Below, in pieces: positions 9,639-20,026 of a stretch of DNA of 64,000 nucleotides; the first letter of the stretch is position 1; the number at the start of each line of letters is the position of its first letter. This DNA comes from Parachlamydiales bacterium (GTDB lineage: Bacteria; Chlamydiota; Chlamydiia; Chlamydiales; SM23-39). The notes under the pieces are model-generated. The model ran no database searches. It saw only the letters and a list, made by a program, of their open reading frames with translations, and had not been told where the DNA came from. The translations under genes were made by a program, and so were the position numbers. The stretch covers positions 6,492 through 70,491 of the forward strand of contig JAFGFA010000018.1 of assembly GCA_016931275.1 (NCBI GenBank). The letters are read 5' to 3'.

Positions 9639-11783
9639 TTATTCCAAGGCATTGTCAATCGCGATGATTTTATAAGTCTTGTCTTGAAAATGAAAGATCT
9701 CTCCAATTTTTTTATGCAGCATAGCTTGTGCTAATTTTGAAGAAAGAGAAAGAATTTGTTTTTCCGGATCGGCATCCCACGGTCCTAAAAGAGTAAAAAC
9801 AATTTCAGTTCCATTGGATTGACAGACTACTTTCGTTCCGATGTCCACAGAAGAAGTGTTGACGAGATCTTTTGTAATGATTCGTGCTTGATTGAATTGA
9901 TCGGATAAAATTTTTAACTCTCCCTGAATCTGTTGTTTTTTTTCCAGCGCAGCTTTGTATTCTGCATTTTCTCGCAGATCTCCATGTGACCGGGCCTCTT
10001 CGATCTCATGCGCATTATGAATCATTTCCACTGTCGCTAAATGTTTGATTTTTTCTTGAATTTTTTGATAGCTCTTAGGCGTAGCCCAGACTACATCGAT
10101 CGTTTTTTCTGTCTTTTGCCCTCTTGCCAAAGAAGGATGAACAACTTTTGCCAAGGATGAAAAAATTTTCATATCGTGTTGAGAAAAAAGGCGACACTTA
10201 GAAATCAGAAGAAGAAATTCTTTTGCTTCCTCTAAAGAAGTTTTTTCTAAGATCTTACGAATAAGAGAAAATCGATTTGTTGTTACTATATGTACCATTT
10301 TTTTTGCTAGATCGAGACGATCATTTTTTTGAGACAAGTATGCTAAGAGAGTAAGGAACGATTCGAAAAGACGGAGCTGTCCTTTAGCATCTGAAAAAGG
10401 TAAATCAGAATTTTTTTTATCCAGAGCTTTCTGAAAATACCACATAAAAGCTTCGGGATATCGGGTATTGGAAGAAAGAAGCTCTTTGAGTTTTTGAGTC
10501 ATTTCTTCACGATGAAGAGAAAATAGTTCTTTGAACAGAAAATCGCGAATAATGTTTGAATCGACAATAAATAGTAAGGACAAGAATACCGTAGAATAAT
10601 CTGGAAGGTTTTGTTGGATTAAAAGAAGGATTTCTTTTTGGAGGGCGACGATAGCTACGGAATTAATAAGCTCTACTAAAGATTTGGTCTCTTTAATAAG
10701 ATTAATGGCCAAAGTGAGGTCTCTCTTGCAGATAGCATGTAAGAAAAAATAGAGCTGAATTTTTTGATGATTTAAGAGTGTTTCATTCTTTAAAATAGTT
10801 TCTATTTTTCGAACAAGAGTAGCAGTAAATTCATTGTTTTTTAAAGATCTGGGAAAATCTTTCAAAAAGGAATAGACCATTTGTATGGTCGTGTCGATAT
10901 TAGGTTTGGCATCCAGTTCTTGGTAAAAAAGTTCTTCATGCGAGATCTCTTTTTCCGATAAGGAAAATTTTTCAAAACTTTTTTTTGGGGTGTGAATTTT
11001 CGTGTCTTTTTTTATTTTTGTGCGAGCGTTTTGCCACCATTTGTTCCATTCCGATTCCGGAATAACGAGATCGCATAATTCTTCTTTTATTTCTTGTGTG
11101 TTTTTAGGTCCGAGATCTTTCAACAGCATATAAATCACCTGTAAAGGATCTTCTTTTGCTTTTTTTTCTAGAAGATCGGGATTTCCAAATCGCTGTGCAA
11201 GAAAATGGGTTTCTTCGAGAGGAATTAGTGTTTTCATGGCATTCTCGAAAGAAAGTGTTTTAGTGCCAATGACATATTCAAATTCTAAAGAGATATCTTC
11301 TCGAATGAGAGAAAAATCTAAAATTTCCCCTGCCCCCCAACCGGCTTTATGAAAAACATACTTTCCTTTTTGGATATGAGACAGTAGTTCGAAGTGACTG
11401 AGGGCTCCTTGAAAATGATCTTTGGTGCGTAGTCCGACAATTCGTAATTTGGTATCAAAAAGAGGATCTTGGGGATATTTTTCTTGGAGATACTGATGCG
11501 CGATCTGCGCCAAATTTTCAGAATTTGTAGTTTGTAAATCGAAAATTAGCGCAAGGACACGATCTTTTGTTGGGCTCGGAGAGAGTTTTTCCCATAGGAT
11601 GAGCCCTTTTTCTACATGATTTCCAAAAAGTTCCGCAAGAGAAGAATTTTTGATTTCGAGGAGAATTTGCCGCAATTCTTCAGAATCCGGTTGATCCGAA
11701 TAACAATATTCTTCCCAGATTTTTAAAAATTCGTGGTAGTTACCCGCTGCAATTTTTTTAATAAATTCTTTTAAGTAGGTCAT
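9639..11783 (-). CDS. greA: Transcription elongation factor GreA with long chlamydial N-terminal extension
   Basis: C-terminal EARSHGDLRENAEY and LGPWDADP; ~550-aa N-terminal region typical of Chlamydiota GreA. Confidence 0.9.
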   Translation of the reverse strand: MTYLKEFIKKIAAGNYHEFLKIWEEYCYSDQPDSEELRQILLEIKNSSLAELFGNHVEKGLILWEKLSPSPTKDRVLALIFDLQTTNSENLAQIAHQYLQEKYPQDPLFDTKLRIVGLRTKDHFQGALSHFELLSHIQKGKYVFHKAGWGAGEILDFSLIREDISLEFEYVIGTKTLSFENAMKTLIPLEETHFLAQRFGNPDLLEKKAKEDPLQVIYMLLKDLGPKNTQEIKEELCDLVIPESEWNKWWQNARTKIKKDTKIHTPKKSFEKFSLSEKEISHEELFYQELDAKPNIDTTIQMVYSFLKDFPRSLKNNEFTATLVRKIETILKNETLLNHQKIQLYFFLHAICKRDLTLAINLIKETKSLVELINSVAIVALQKEILLLIQQNLPDYSTVFLSLLFIVDSNIIRDFLFKELFSLHREEMTQKLKELLSSNTRYPEAFMWYFQKALDKKNSDLPFSDAKGQLRLFESFLTLLAYLSQKNDRLDLAKKMVHIVTTNRFSLIRKILEKTSLEEAKEFLLLISKCRLFSQHDMKIFSSLAKVVHPSLARGQKTEKTIDVVWATPKSYQKIQEKIKHLATVEMIHNAHEIEEARSHGDLRENAEYKAALEKKQQIQGELKILSDQFNQARIITKDLVNTSSVDIGTKVVCQSNGTEIVFTLLGPWDADPEKQILSLSSKLAQAMLHKKIGEIFHFQDKTYKIIAIDNALE

Positions 11784-11962
11784 AATGATAAAATTCTCCT
11801 CGGATAGACGGATAATATCATAGAAAAAAGATCATTAATTTTCAAACAGCTATAAAAAGAAGATTTTTTAGCAAAGGAAAACCATGCTAAAAAATATTAG
11901 AAAAAATAGTTCTTTTGAAGAATCCTAAAAATTTTTAAAACTGAAGCCTTTATTGGGAGTGA

Positions 11963-14068
11963 TTGGTGTTTTGGAAATTATGGGTTATGATTCTATGCGG
12001 TTTTTATTGGTTGCCGGGATACGGGGAATGGAGTACTGATTTAGAAAACGATTTGCGCATCCTATCTCATGGAGAAAAAAAACTGCCTTTGCTCTATAAC
12101 AGTTCTTCTCAGACAGGGTATTTTACGATGCCCTCGGCCCGTTCTTTAGGAAACGGTTTAATCATAGGAGGATACTCTCATATTCCTCCTTATAAGTTAT
12201 GGGGTGTCGGAATAGGTCTTTTCGAGTGTCTGGAACTGTCGGGGAATTATTGGGTCTATAATGGAATCGTCGAGAAGAATTTCGGGCACCTGGGCTTCGG
12301 AAACGATGCGGAAAGATCTGTGAATATAAAAATTGTCTTGCCGTTAAGATACTATGGCCTTCCTTCTGTTGCCTTTGGATGGAATGATTTTCTTGGAACA
12401 AAACGTTTTTTTTCTCAATATGCTGCTGTTACCCAAGAATTTTTGTCGCAGAGATGCGAAGTGACTCTTGGATGGGGAAAGGGAAGAATCCAAGGACTTT
12501 TCGGGGGATTGGCTTATTTTCCGTGGAGGAAATCAGACTCTATTTGGAAAGGATTGGGAGGGGCTTTGGAATATGACGGGAATGATTATGCTCATCATAT
12601 CGAGGAACATCCTCAAGGGAAAAAAACACGATTTTCTTGGAATCCAGGTCTTTTTTATACATGGAAAAAACGATTCCAATGTGCGGGCTATTTGATTCGG
12701 GGAAAAGAGATCGCTGCGACGGTTTCTTTGAATTATCCTTGGGGGACAACAAAAGGATTTTTTTCAAAAGTAAGAGATTCTTCAAGGAATGATGCAGAGA
12801 TAGAAGAGGATCATTCCGGCAAGATTTTTTTTGAGCTGTGGGAAGAACGGATCAAAAACTCTTTATACAAAGAAGGTTTTTGGGTAGACCATATCGGTTA
12901 TAAAAAAAATTTGCAGGGCTCTAAAGAAATAATCATCTATGTAAAAAATCCTCATTATCGGCATGAAAAAGAAGTTCATAAAAAGTTAATTGGTTCCTTG
13001 CAGAGAATTCCTGATAGTAGCGAGGTTTTTTCTATTTCCGTTGTTGTTCAGTCATCCGGCCTAGAAACATTTCAATATACATTTCCCTCTGAAGTGTTGG
13101 AAGCGTATCGAGAGAATCGAATGAGTGAATACGAATTGGAATGGGTCACTTCTCCGAGAGATTGTTGTCGCCAGGGCTATTATATCGACTTGTGGAGGAG
13201 AAAAGATCAAGAACATCACATGGCGATCCATCCTTTGATCAATATGTATTTTGGTTCTTCCAGAGGAAAATTTAAATATGATCTCGGGACAACCTTCGGT
13301 TTTGAGGGGGTAGCCCCCTATCGTGTGTATTATGAGTTATATGGAGCTTATGTCGCTCGATCTTCTACAGCTGATATTTCCCATACGGATTTTCTGAATC
13401 CTTCCCGGTTGCTATGGGTTCGTTCCGACACATTGCAATATTATAAACAGGGATCCTTAGAGCTCGATCGTTTTTTTGTGCAAAAAAGCAGGAATTGGGG
13501 AAAAGGTTTTTTTTCTCGAATTGGTATAGGGTATTTCGAGAGAGCTTATGGAGGAGCTGGCGCGGAATTATTATATGCTCCTTATTCTTCTAGATGGGCC
13601 ATTGGAACAGAAGCTTTTTTTTTAAAGAAAAGAAGATATCATGGGTTGGGTTTTTATTCCAAAATACCAAAACTAGATGACAAGAAAGAACAAAGGATTC
13701 CTTATCTGGGGACGCAATTTTTTTTGCACGGTTATTTTGTTTTTCCCGTGATTGAAACGGATGTGAAAATTAGTGTAGGACAATTTTTAGCGAAAGATAT
13801 CGGAGCGCGAGTGGAGTTTTTAAAACATTATCGAAGCGGAGTGCGCTTTTCTCTCTGGACTACCATGACCAATGGACAAGATCGAATCAACGGAAAAAAA
13901 TATTATGACAAAGGATTTAGCTTTTCTTTTCCTCTAGATCTTTTTTTACATAAAAGTAATCGTTCTCGAGTTTCTTATGTGGCTTCCGTATGGCTTCGGG
14001 ATGTAGGCGCGGTGGCGCAAACGGGAAAAGATCTCTATACGATTTTATTTCAGGAAAAAGAAGAGTGA
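11963..14068 (+). CDS. YjbH/GfcD-like outer membrane beta-barrel protein
   Basis: Signal-like N-terminus, GYFTMPSAR, DFLGT, TLGWGKGRI, LEYDG, GYFERAYGG, GQFLAKDIG, YYDKGFSFSFPLD, WLRDVG. Confidence 0.8.
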   Translation: MVFWKLWVMILCGFYWLPGYGEWSTDLENDLRILSHGEKKLPLLYNSSSQTGYFTMPSARSLGNGLIIGGYSHIPPYKLWGVGIGLFECLELSGNYWVYNGIVEKNFGHLGFGNDAERSVNIKIVLPLRYYGLPSVAFGWNDFLGTKRFFSQYAAVTQEFLSQRCEVTLGWGKGRIQGLFGGLAYFPWRKSDSIWKGLGGALEYDGNDYAHHIEEHPQGKKTRFSWNPGLFYTWKKRFQCAGYLIRGKEIAATVSLNYPWGTTKGFFSKVRDSSRNDAEIEEDHSGKIFFELWEERIKNSLYKEGFWVDHIGYKKNLQGSKEIIIYVKNPHYRHEKEVHKKLIGSLQRIPDSSEVFSISVVVQSSGLETFQYTFPSEVLEAYRENRMSEYELEWVTSPRDCCRQGYYIDLWRRKDQEHHMAIHPLINMYFGSSRGKFKYDLGTTFGFEGVAPYRVYYELYGAYVARSSTADISHTDFLNPSRLLWVRSDTLQYYKQGSLELDRFFVQKSRNWGKGFFSRIGIGYFERAYGGAGAELLYAPYSSRWAIGTEAFFLKKRRYHGLGFYSKIPKLDDKKEQRIPYLGTQFFLHGYFVFPVIETDVKISVGQFLAKDIGARVEFLKHYRSGVRFSLWTTMTNGQDRINGKKYYDKGFSFSFPLDLFLHKSNRSRVSYVASVWLRDVGAVAQTGKDLYTILFQEKEE

Positions 14069-14077
14069 AAAAATCCC

Positions 14078-14105
14078 TTGCAGTCGCTGGCAGTATATGG
14101 ATAAT
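14078..14105 (+). promoter_or_regulatory. Candidate sigma66 promoter for thyX-tyrP
   Basis: TTGCAG-N16-GATAAT with TG just upstream of the -10; GTG start 36 bp downstream with AGAGG RBS. Confidence 0.35.
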
Positions 14106-14141
14106 TTATCAAGAAGAAATTAAGGATATAAGAGGTGTTTT

Positions 14142-15761
14142 GTGAGTGGTCAAGAAGAATTTAGCGAAAAACAATTAAAAATTCTCGAACAGTTTGTAAC
14201 GAACACCTCTGGGAATGTGTTTGTTGTTCGCAATTTGCCAGAAGTAATCAAGGGAGCTTTATTTTCTCGTTATTCCCGTTCCGCTTCCGGCTTGCGTTCG
14301 TTATTGTTGCAGGAATTTATCCTGAATGAAGAAACCGCGTTTGTGGAAATAGCCGGTTTGGGTGACCAAGATTTTTCTGCGGAGAATCAATATAAGGCTA
14401 TTCAAAAAGCTCAGAATTTTTATGACCGTATTCTCGACGGGTATGGGGATGACTCCATAGGCGAATTGGGAGGAGCTCATCTGGCCATGGAAAATGTTTC
14501 CATATTGGCGGCAAAAGTGATCGAAGATGTTCGAATAGGAGGCTCCCCTTTAGAAAAATCCACTCGCTACATCTATTTTGATCAAAAAGTCAATAATGCA
14601 TATCTTTTTTATCAAGAGCCCATGATTATGGCCTCAGCTTATAGGGATTTATATTTAGAGACCTGTAATTTTCTTTTCGACACTTATTGTAAGCTGATTC
14701 CTTCTTTAACGGCTGTTTTAGAGAAAAAGTTTCCTCGAGAACATCATATTTCAAAATCTGCTTATACGGCGGCTCTTCGCGCCAAAGTGCTCGATTGCAT
14801 TCGAGGATTACTCCCGGCTAGTGCTTTGACAAACCTTGGCATATATGGAAATGGACGTTTTTATGATCATTTGCTTCGTAAAATGCAAACACATAATTTA
14901 GCGGAACTACAGGAGCTTGGCAGGGCCTCTCATGGAGAATTATTCAAGGTCATCCCATCTTTTATTCGACGATCAGATCCTTCCCACAAATTTTTTCAGT
15001 CTTATGCGACTTTTATGGAACATACTTCTTCTGAGCTCTCGCAGTTAGCGCATCATCATGCTGTTCATCTGTCTTGTCATCAGCACAATGGCGTTTTTTT
15101 GATCCACAGTGATGAACATGCCGTAAGGAAGGTTGCTGCGGGGCTTTTGTTCGAATATTCTTCCGCCGGCTTGGAAGATTTAGAAAAATATTGTGATCGT
15201 TTATCGGAAGAAGACCTGTCTCGCATATTAGATGCAGGTTCCGCTTGGAGGGAGAATCGTCGGCATAAATCACCTAGAGCTCTTGAAAGAGCCGATTTTA
15301 CTTTTGAGATTTTAGCAGATTTTGGAGCATATCGGGATTTGCAAAGGCATCGTCTTTTATCACAACAAAGACAAAAGCTTACTTGTCAATATGGCTATTA
15401 TATTCCGGAAGAGCTCCAAAATACCGACATGGAAAAAGAATATATAGAGGCCATGGGAAAAGCTAAAAAAGCGTATGATATTATTGCTACAGAACTTCCG
15501 GAAGAAGCCCAATATGTGGTTCCCTTAGCCTATCATCTTCGCTTTTATTTTCATTGTAATTTGCGAGAGCTTCAGTGGCTTTGTGAGCTTCGCTCTTCTC
15601 CTGCAGGCCACTCCAATTACCGTTATATTGCGCAAGAAATGGCTTTGCAAGTGTGCAAACGGTTCCCTTCGTTTGAGAGGTATTTTAAGTTTATGGATTA
15701 CGAAGGATATGAACTTGGCAGGATGGGGCAGGAGATTCGTAGAGAGGAAAAAAGAATATGA
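14142..15761 (+). CDS. thyX: Flavin-dependent thymidylate synthase, chlamydial double-length form
   Basis: ALFSRYSRS, YGDDSIGELG, LEKSTRY, RDLQRHR, ELRS. Confidence 0.92.
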   Translation: MSGQEEFSEKQLKILEQFVTNTSGNVFVVRNLPEVIKGALFSRYSRSASGLRSLLLQEFILNEETAFVEIAGLGDQDFSAENQYKAIQKAQNFYDRILDGYGDDSIGELGGAHLAMENVSILAAKVIEDVRIGGSPLEKSTRYIYFDQKVNNAYLFYQEPMIMASAYRDLYLETCNFLFDTYCKLIPSLTAVLEKKFPREHHISKSAYTAALRAKVLDCIRGLLPASALTNLGIYGNGRFYDHLLRKMQTHNLAELQELGRASHGELFKVIPSFIRRSDPSHKFFQSYATFMEHTSSELSQLAHHHAVHLSCHQHNGVFLIHSDEHAVRKVAAGLLFEYSSAGLEDLEKYCDRLSEEDLSRILDAGSAWRENRRHKSPRALERADFTFEILADFGAYRDLQRHRLLSQQRQKLTCQYGYYIPEELQNTDMEKEYIEAMGKAKKAYDIIATELPEEAQYVVPLAYHLRFYFHCNLRELQWLCELRSSPAGHSNYRYIAQEMALQVCKRFPSFERYFKFMDYEGYELGRMGQEIRREEKRI

Positions 15762-16978
15762 AACGGGAACTACTACAACCAGGAAGCATGTTCGGCGGGA
15801 TGATGCTTATTGCCGGATCATGCATTGGTGCTGGAATGTTAGCTCTTCCAGTGCTAATGGGTCTCTGCGGTCTTTCTTTGTCTTTGGTGATGCTGTTCCT
15901 TTCCTGGGCATTTATGACATTTACGGCTCTTTTGCTGGTAGAAGTGAATGGATGGTTTTATAAGCAGGTCAACATTGTCTCTATGGCAGAAACGGCCTTT
16001 GGGAAAATAGGACGGTTGATCAGTTGGATGCTGTATTTGTTTTTATTTTATTCCCTTTTAGTGGCGTATATCGCCGCTAGCGGCGATATGGTTTCTCATT
16101 ACTTGTCTCGGGGTTTTCCCGCCTATATGGCTAGCATTTTTTTTGTATGTTTTTTTGGTGTCATTGTCTATTTCGGAACTAAGCCTGTGGATTTTCTCAA
16201 TCGATTTTTTATGATAGGATTAGTGATTTTCTATATGGCTATGATTGTTGCTGGCTCTCGCTTGATTCATTTTTCTTATTTTCGTTATATCGATTTCAAA
16301 TATTTTCTTTTTCCTCTCCCCGTTCTCATCACCTCTTTTGGATTTCATAATATGATTCCTTCTTTGACGGCTTATATGAAAGGAAATTTACGTCGAATGC
16401 GATACACAATTTTGGGAGGCAGCCTTATCGCGCTTTGTGTGTATTTGATTTGGGTTGTTTTGGTGCTGGGATCCGTTCCTACTATTGGGAAAGGAGGATT
16501 GCTAGAAGGATATAGACAGGGAATAGAATCTTCTCAAATTTTACAAAATGCATTATCCAATCCTTGGGTTGTTTTTTTTTCCGGAGGGTTTGCTTTTTTT
16601 GCGATTATAACTTCTTTTTTAGCGCAAAGCTTGGGTCTGATGCATTTTTTGGCTGACGGATTAAAGGTAGAATTATCTTATAGGAATAACGGGTGGTTAT
16701 GCCTTCTTGCCTTAGCACCGCCAACTCTTTGCGCTCTTATTTATCCTGGCATATTTTTTCAGGCGCTTAATTTTGCTGGAGGCTTTTGTGCCGTGATTCT
16801 CTTCGGCCTTTTACCGGCTCTTATGGCGTGGCATGGTAGATATGGCAAGAAAATTACCTCTTCGTATCATGTGACGGGAGGTAAATTAGCCTTAATAGCC
16901 ATTATTATTTTTTCAACCTTTGTCGCGGTCTCTGAGCTAGTTAAGCTTGCATATAAGATGGGAATAAACAAATTGTGA
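15758..16978 (+). CDS. tyrP: Aromatic amino acid:H+ symporter (TyrP/Mtr family)
   Basis: GGMMLIAGSCIGAGMLALP, TSFGFHNMIPSL, AIITSFL, about 11 TM segments; ATGA overlap with thyX. Confidence 0.88.
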   Translation: MKRELLQPGSMFGGMMLIAGSCIGAGMLALPVLMGLCGLSLSLVMLFLSWAFMTFTALLLVEVNGWFYKQVNIVSMAETAFGKIGRLISWMLYLFLFYSLLVAYIAASGDMVSHYLSRGFPAYMASIFFVCFFGVIVYFGTKPVDFLNRFFMIGLVIFYMAMIVAGSRLIHFSYFRYIDFKYFLFPLPVLITSFGFHNMIPSLTAYMKGNLRRMRYTILGGSLIALCVYLIWVVLVLGSVPTIGKGGLLEGYRQGIESSQILQNALSNPWVVFFSGGFAFFAIITSFLAQSLGLMHFLADGLKVELSYRNNGWLCLLALAPPTLCALIYPGIFFQALNFAGGFCAVILFGLLPALMAWHGRYGKKITSSYHVTGGKLALIAIIIFSTFVAVSELVKLAYKMGINKL

Positions 16979-17009
16979 GGATTCTTGCACGGGGCAATCG
17001 TAAAATAAG

Positions 17010-18995
17010 ATGCATAAGTTTCAATTAAAAACTTCTTTTTCCCCATGTGGAGATCAGCCTCAGGCGATCGAAAAGATCACGCGGAAGATTGATCAAGGAG
17101 TAAAGGCGCAAGTTCTTTTGGGAATTACGGGATCGGGAAAGACTTTTACAATGGCCAATGTTATTCAAAATGTGCAAAAGCCAACTCTTATTTTAGCGCA
17201 TAACAAGACATTAGCCGCGCAGCTTTATCAGGAATTTTCCACCTTTTTTCCCAAAAATGCCGTAGAATATTTTGTTTCCTATTATGACTATTATCAACCC
17301 GAAGCCTATATCGCAAGGACGGATACATATATTGAAAAGGATCTTTCCATTAACGACCGGATTGATCGCATGCGCCTTAGCGCCACACGTTCTTTAATAG
17401 AAAGAAAGGATGTGATCATTGTTTCTTCCATTTCGTGTATTTATGGATTAGGGATGCCGGAATTTTATGCGCAGATGTCTCTTCGGTTAGCACATCGGCA
17501 AACGATTCGAAGAGATGAACTTTTGCTCCGGCTTGTTGAAATGCATTATACTCGTGGCAGTGATTTGATGAGAGGAACGTTTCGTGTTCGCGGCGATGTG
17601 ATAGAGATCGTTCCTGCTTACGAAGAGGAACGAGGATACCGCCTTGAATTCTTTGGAGAGGAAATTGAGCGTATATCGGAAATAGATCCTCTTACGGGGA
17701 AAGTTTTGTCTCATCCGGAGTCTTTATCGATCTTTCCTGGATCTCATCATGTCACTCCTGAACATATTCGTATGGAAGCGATAGAGACTATTCGAGAAGA
17801 GTTGGGAGAGAGGGAGAATTTTTTTAAGCAACAGAATAAATTGGTCGAAATGCAACGGCTTAAGGAAAGAACTCTTTATGATATAGAAATGATGCAACAG
17901 GTAGGCTTTTGTAAAGGGATTGAAAATTATTCCCGGCACTTTTCTCGTAGACGTTCTGGAGACCCTCCTCCTTGTTTACTCGACTATTTTCCAAAAGATT
18001 TTTTGCTGTTTATTGATGAATCCCATCAGACGATCCCTCAGATGCATGCAATGTATAATGGGGATCATGCCCGCAAAAAAGCGTTGGTCGAATATGGTTT
18101 TCGTCTTCCTTCGGCATTTGATAACAGGCCATTGAAGTTTGAAGAAATCTATGGGCTAATCAACCAGGTTGTGTATGTCTCTGCAACACCCGGTCAGTGG
18201 GAAATCCATGAAGCAAAGGGGAATGTGGTTCAACAGATTAATCGTCCGACAGGATTGCTCGATCCCCTTGTAGAAGTTCGTAAAGCTGAAAATCAGGTAG
18301 ATGATATCTTGGAAGAGATTCGAAAGGAAAGTGAAAAAAATCAAAGAATACTGGTCACGACTCTCACTAAAAAGCTTGCAGAGCAATTGACGGAATATCT
18401 GTTGGAAATCGGCGTGAAGGCAAAATATATTCATTCTGATATTGACACGTTGGAAAGAATGAAGCTGATTAAAGATTTGCGCTTAGGTGTTTTTGACGTT
18501 CTTATTGGCATTAACTTGTTGCGAGAAGGATTGGATATCCCGGAAGTGAGTTTGGTTGCAATATTGGATGCGGATAAAGAGGGATTTTTGCGTAGTGAAA
18601 CAGCTCTGATTCAAACATGCGGGCGGGCTTCGAGGAATATTCATGGGCGAGTTATTTTTTATGCAGATACGATCACTAGTGCCATTAAAAATACGTTGTC
18701 CATTACGAAAAAAAGACGAAAAGATCAAGAGACTTTCAATCAAATTCATCAAATTGTTCCCAAAAGCACGACCCGGGCCTTGGCAGAGACTCTGGAAGAA
18801 ACTTTTGGAGAAATGCCGGAGAAAGAAGATGTAAAGCCGCTTTACATGAAATCTCCTTCGGTTTTGGAGTTGGAGAAAAAAATTGCAGAATGTAAAAAGG
18901 AAATGCTTCTTGCTGCGAGGGAACTTCGGTTTGAGGATGCGGCGCACTTTCGGGATCTTCTTCATTATTATGAAGGGCTTGAATTGGTTCAATAA
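17010..18995 (+). CDS. uvrB: Excinuclease ABC subunit B
   Basis: PCGDQP, GITGSGKT, YYDYYQPEAY, DESH, GINLLREGLD, C-terminal UVR coiled coil. Confidence 0.98.
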   Translation: MHKFQLKTSFSPCGDQPQAIEKITRKIDQGVKAQVLLGITGSGKTFTMANVIQNVQKPTLILAHNKTLAAQLYQEFSTFFPKNAVEYFVSYYDYYQPEAYIARTDTYIEKDLSINDRIDRMRLSATRSLIERKDVIIVSSISCIYGLGMPEFYAQMSLRLAHRQTIRRDELLLRLVEMHYTRGSDLMRGTFRVRGDVIEIVPAYEEERGYRLEFFGEEIERISEIDPLTGKVLSHPESLSIFPGSHHVTPEHIRMEAIETIREELGERENFFKQQNKLVEMQRLKERTLYDIEMMQQVGFCKGIENYSRHFSRRRSGDPPPCLLDYFPKDFLLFIDESHQTIPQMHAMYNGDHARKKALVEYGFRLPSAFDNRPLKFEEIYGLINQVVYVSATPGQWEIHEAKGNVVQQINRPTGLLDPLVEVRKAENQVDDILEEIRKESEKNQRILVTTLTKKLAEQLTEYLLEIGVKAKYIHSDIDTLERMKLIKDLRLGVFDVLIGINLLREGLDIPEVSLVAILDADKEGFLRSETALIQTCGRASRNIHGRVIFYADTITSAIKNTLSITKKRRKDQETFNQIHQIVPKSTTRALAETLEETFGEMPEKEDVKPLYMKSPSVLELEKKIAECKKEMLLAARELRFEDAAHFRDLLHYYEGLELVQ

Positions 18996-20026
18996 TGACA
19001 CAAAAGAGATTTTTCATTTTATTTTCGAATATTGCTCATGTCGGAGATGTTGCTTTAAGTCTCTCTTTGATCCCTTGGGCACGAAAAAAATTTCCTCAAG
19101 CTACAATAGGTTTTTTAACCTCTTCTTATGGAGAAGAGATGGTAAAAAATCATCCTATGATCGAAAAAATTCATGTTCTAGACCATTGGTGGCTAAACCG
19201 AAAAAAAATTTCCCTTTGGAGAAAATTAAGAGAATATTGGCGTTCTCGAAAGAATGTTTTAAAAGAAATACGAGAAGAACAATATGATCTTTCCGTTAAT
19301 TTGTATTCTTTTTTCCCTTTGATGCATTTTTTTTTATGGAGGACGCGTATTCCACAACGAATTGGATATTCCCGAGGAGGGATCCGTTACGGGCTTACCG
19401 GTTTTTTACCTTGGTGCAACAATAGTTATACTCTGCTGGAACGTCATTTGTCTGGATTGGCTCGATATTGGGGTCAAAAAAAAGATCTTGTGACGAATGA
19501 TGTATATCTTGTTCAAAGAAAAAATCCTTCTCATGCTAGCATCCATGATAGATATGTGGTGTGTCATCCGGGATCGGGAAAAAAATCGTCCCAGTGGGAA
19601 GAAAAAAAATGGCTTGCTCTTTTTGAAAAATGTATAGAACATAAGATCCGAGTGGTGATCACTGCAAAGAATCTTGAAGAAATTTCTTTTGCAGAACACT
19701 GCTCTACTCGTTCGGAATATCTCGTTCTTAAAACAGGCCTTGTATGGGAAGATTATATGGCCCTCATTCAAGGAGCTAGCCTTCTGGTTGGGGTGGAGTC
19801 GTCCGCTGTGTTACTGGCTTCTTTAATGGGAATTCCCTCCTTAGGAATATATTCTCAACGAGGAATTACTTTATGGAGACCTTGTAGAAACTGTACCGTT
19901 ATGACATCCTTTTGTCCAAAAATTCCTTGCAGCAAATATTGTCGCAAGATGAGCTGTGTGAAAAATGTGGACGTGGAGGAGGTCTTTCAATGGATTTGTC
20001 AAAATGAAAACAGCCTTGATTCATGA
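18995..20026 (+). CDS. Glycosyltransferase family 9 (heptosyltransferase-like)
   Basis: HVGDVALS, ARKKFPQATI, YDLSVNL, RIGY, CHPGSG..W, C-terminal CxxxxC..C motif; TAATG overlap with uvrB. Confidence 0.82.
   Translation: MTQKRFFILFSNIAHVGDVALSLSLIPWARKKFPQATIGFLTSSYGEEMVKNHPMIEKIHVLDHWWLNRKKISLWRKLREYWRSRKNVLKEIREEQYDLSVNLYSFFPLMHFFLWRTRIPQRIGYSRGGIRYGLTGFLPWCNNSYTLLERHLSGLARYWGQKKDLVTNDVYLVQRKNPSHASIHDRYVVCHPGSGKKSSQWEEKKWLALFEKCIEHKIRVVITAKNLEEISFAEHCSTRSEYLVLKTGLVWEDYMALIQGASLLVGVESSAVLLASLMGIPSLGIYSQRGITLWRPCRNCTVMTSFCPKIPCSKYCRKMSCVKNVDVEEVFQWICQNENSLDS

Noticed and set aside
16572-16580. T9 run in tyrP and other A/T homopolymers as phase-variation tracts
   Set aside because: Such runs are frequent throughout this AT-rich window and the frames are intact.
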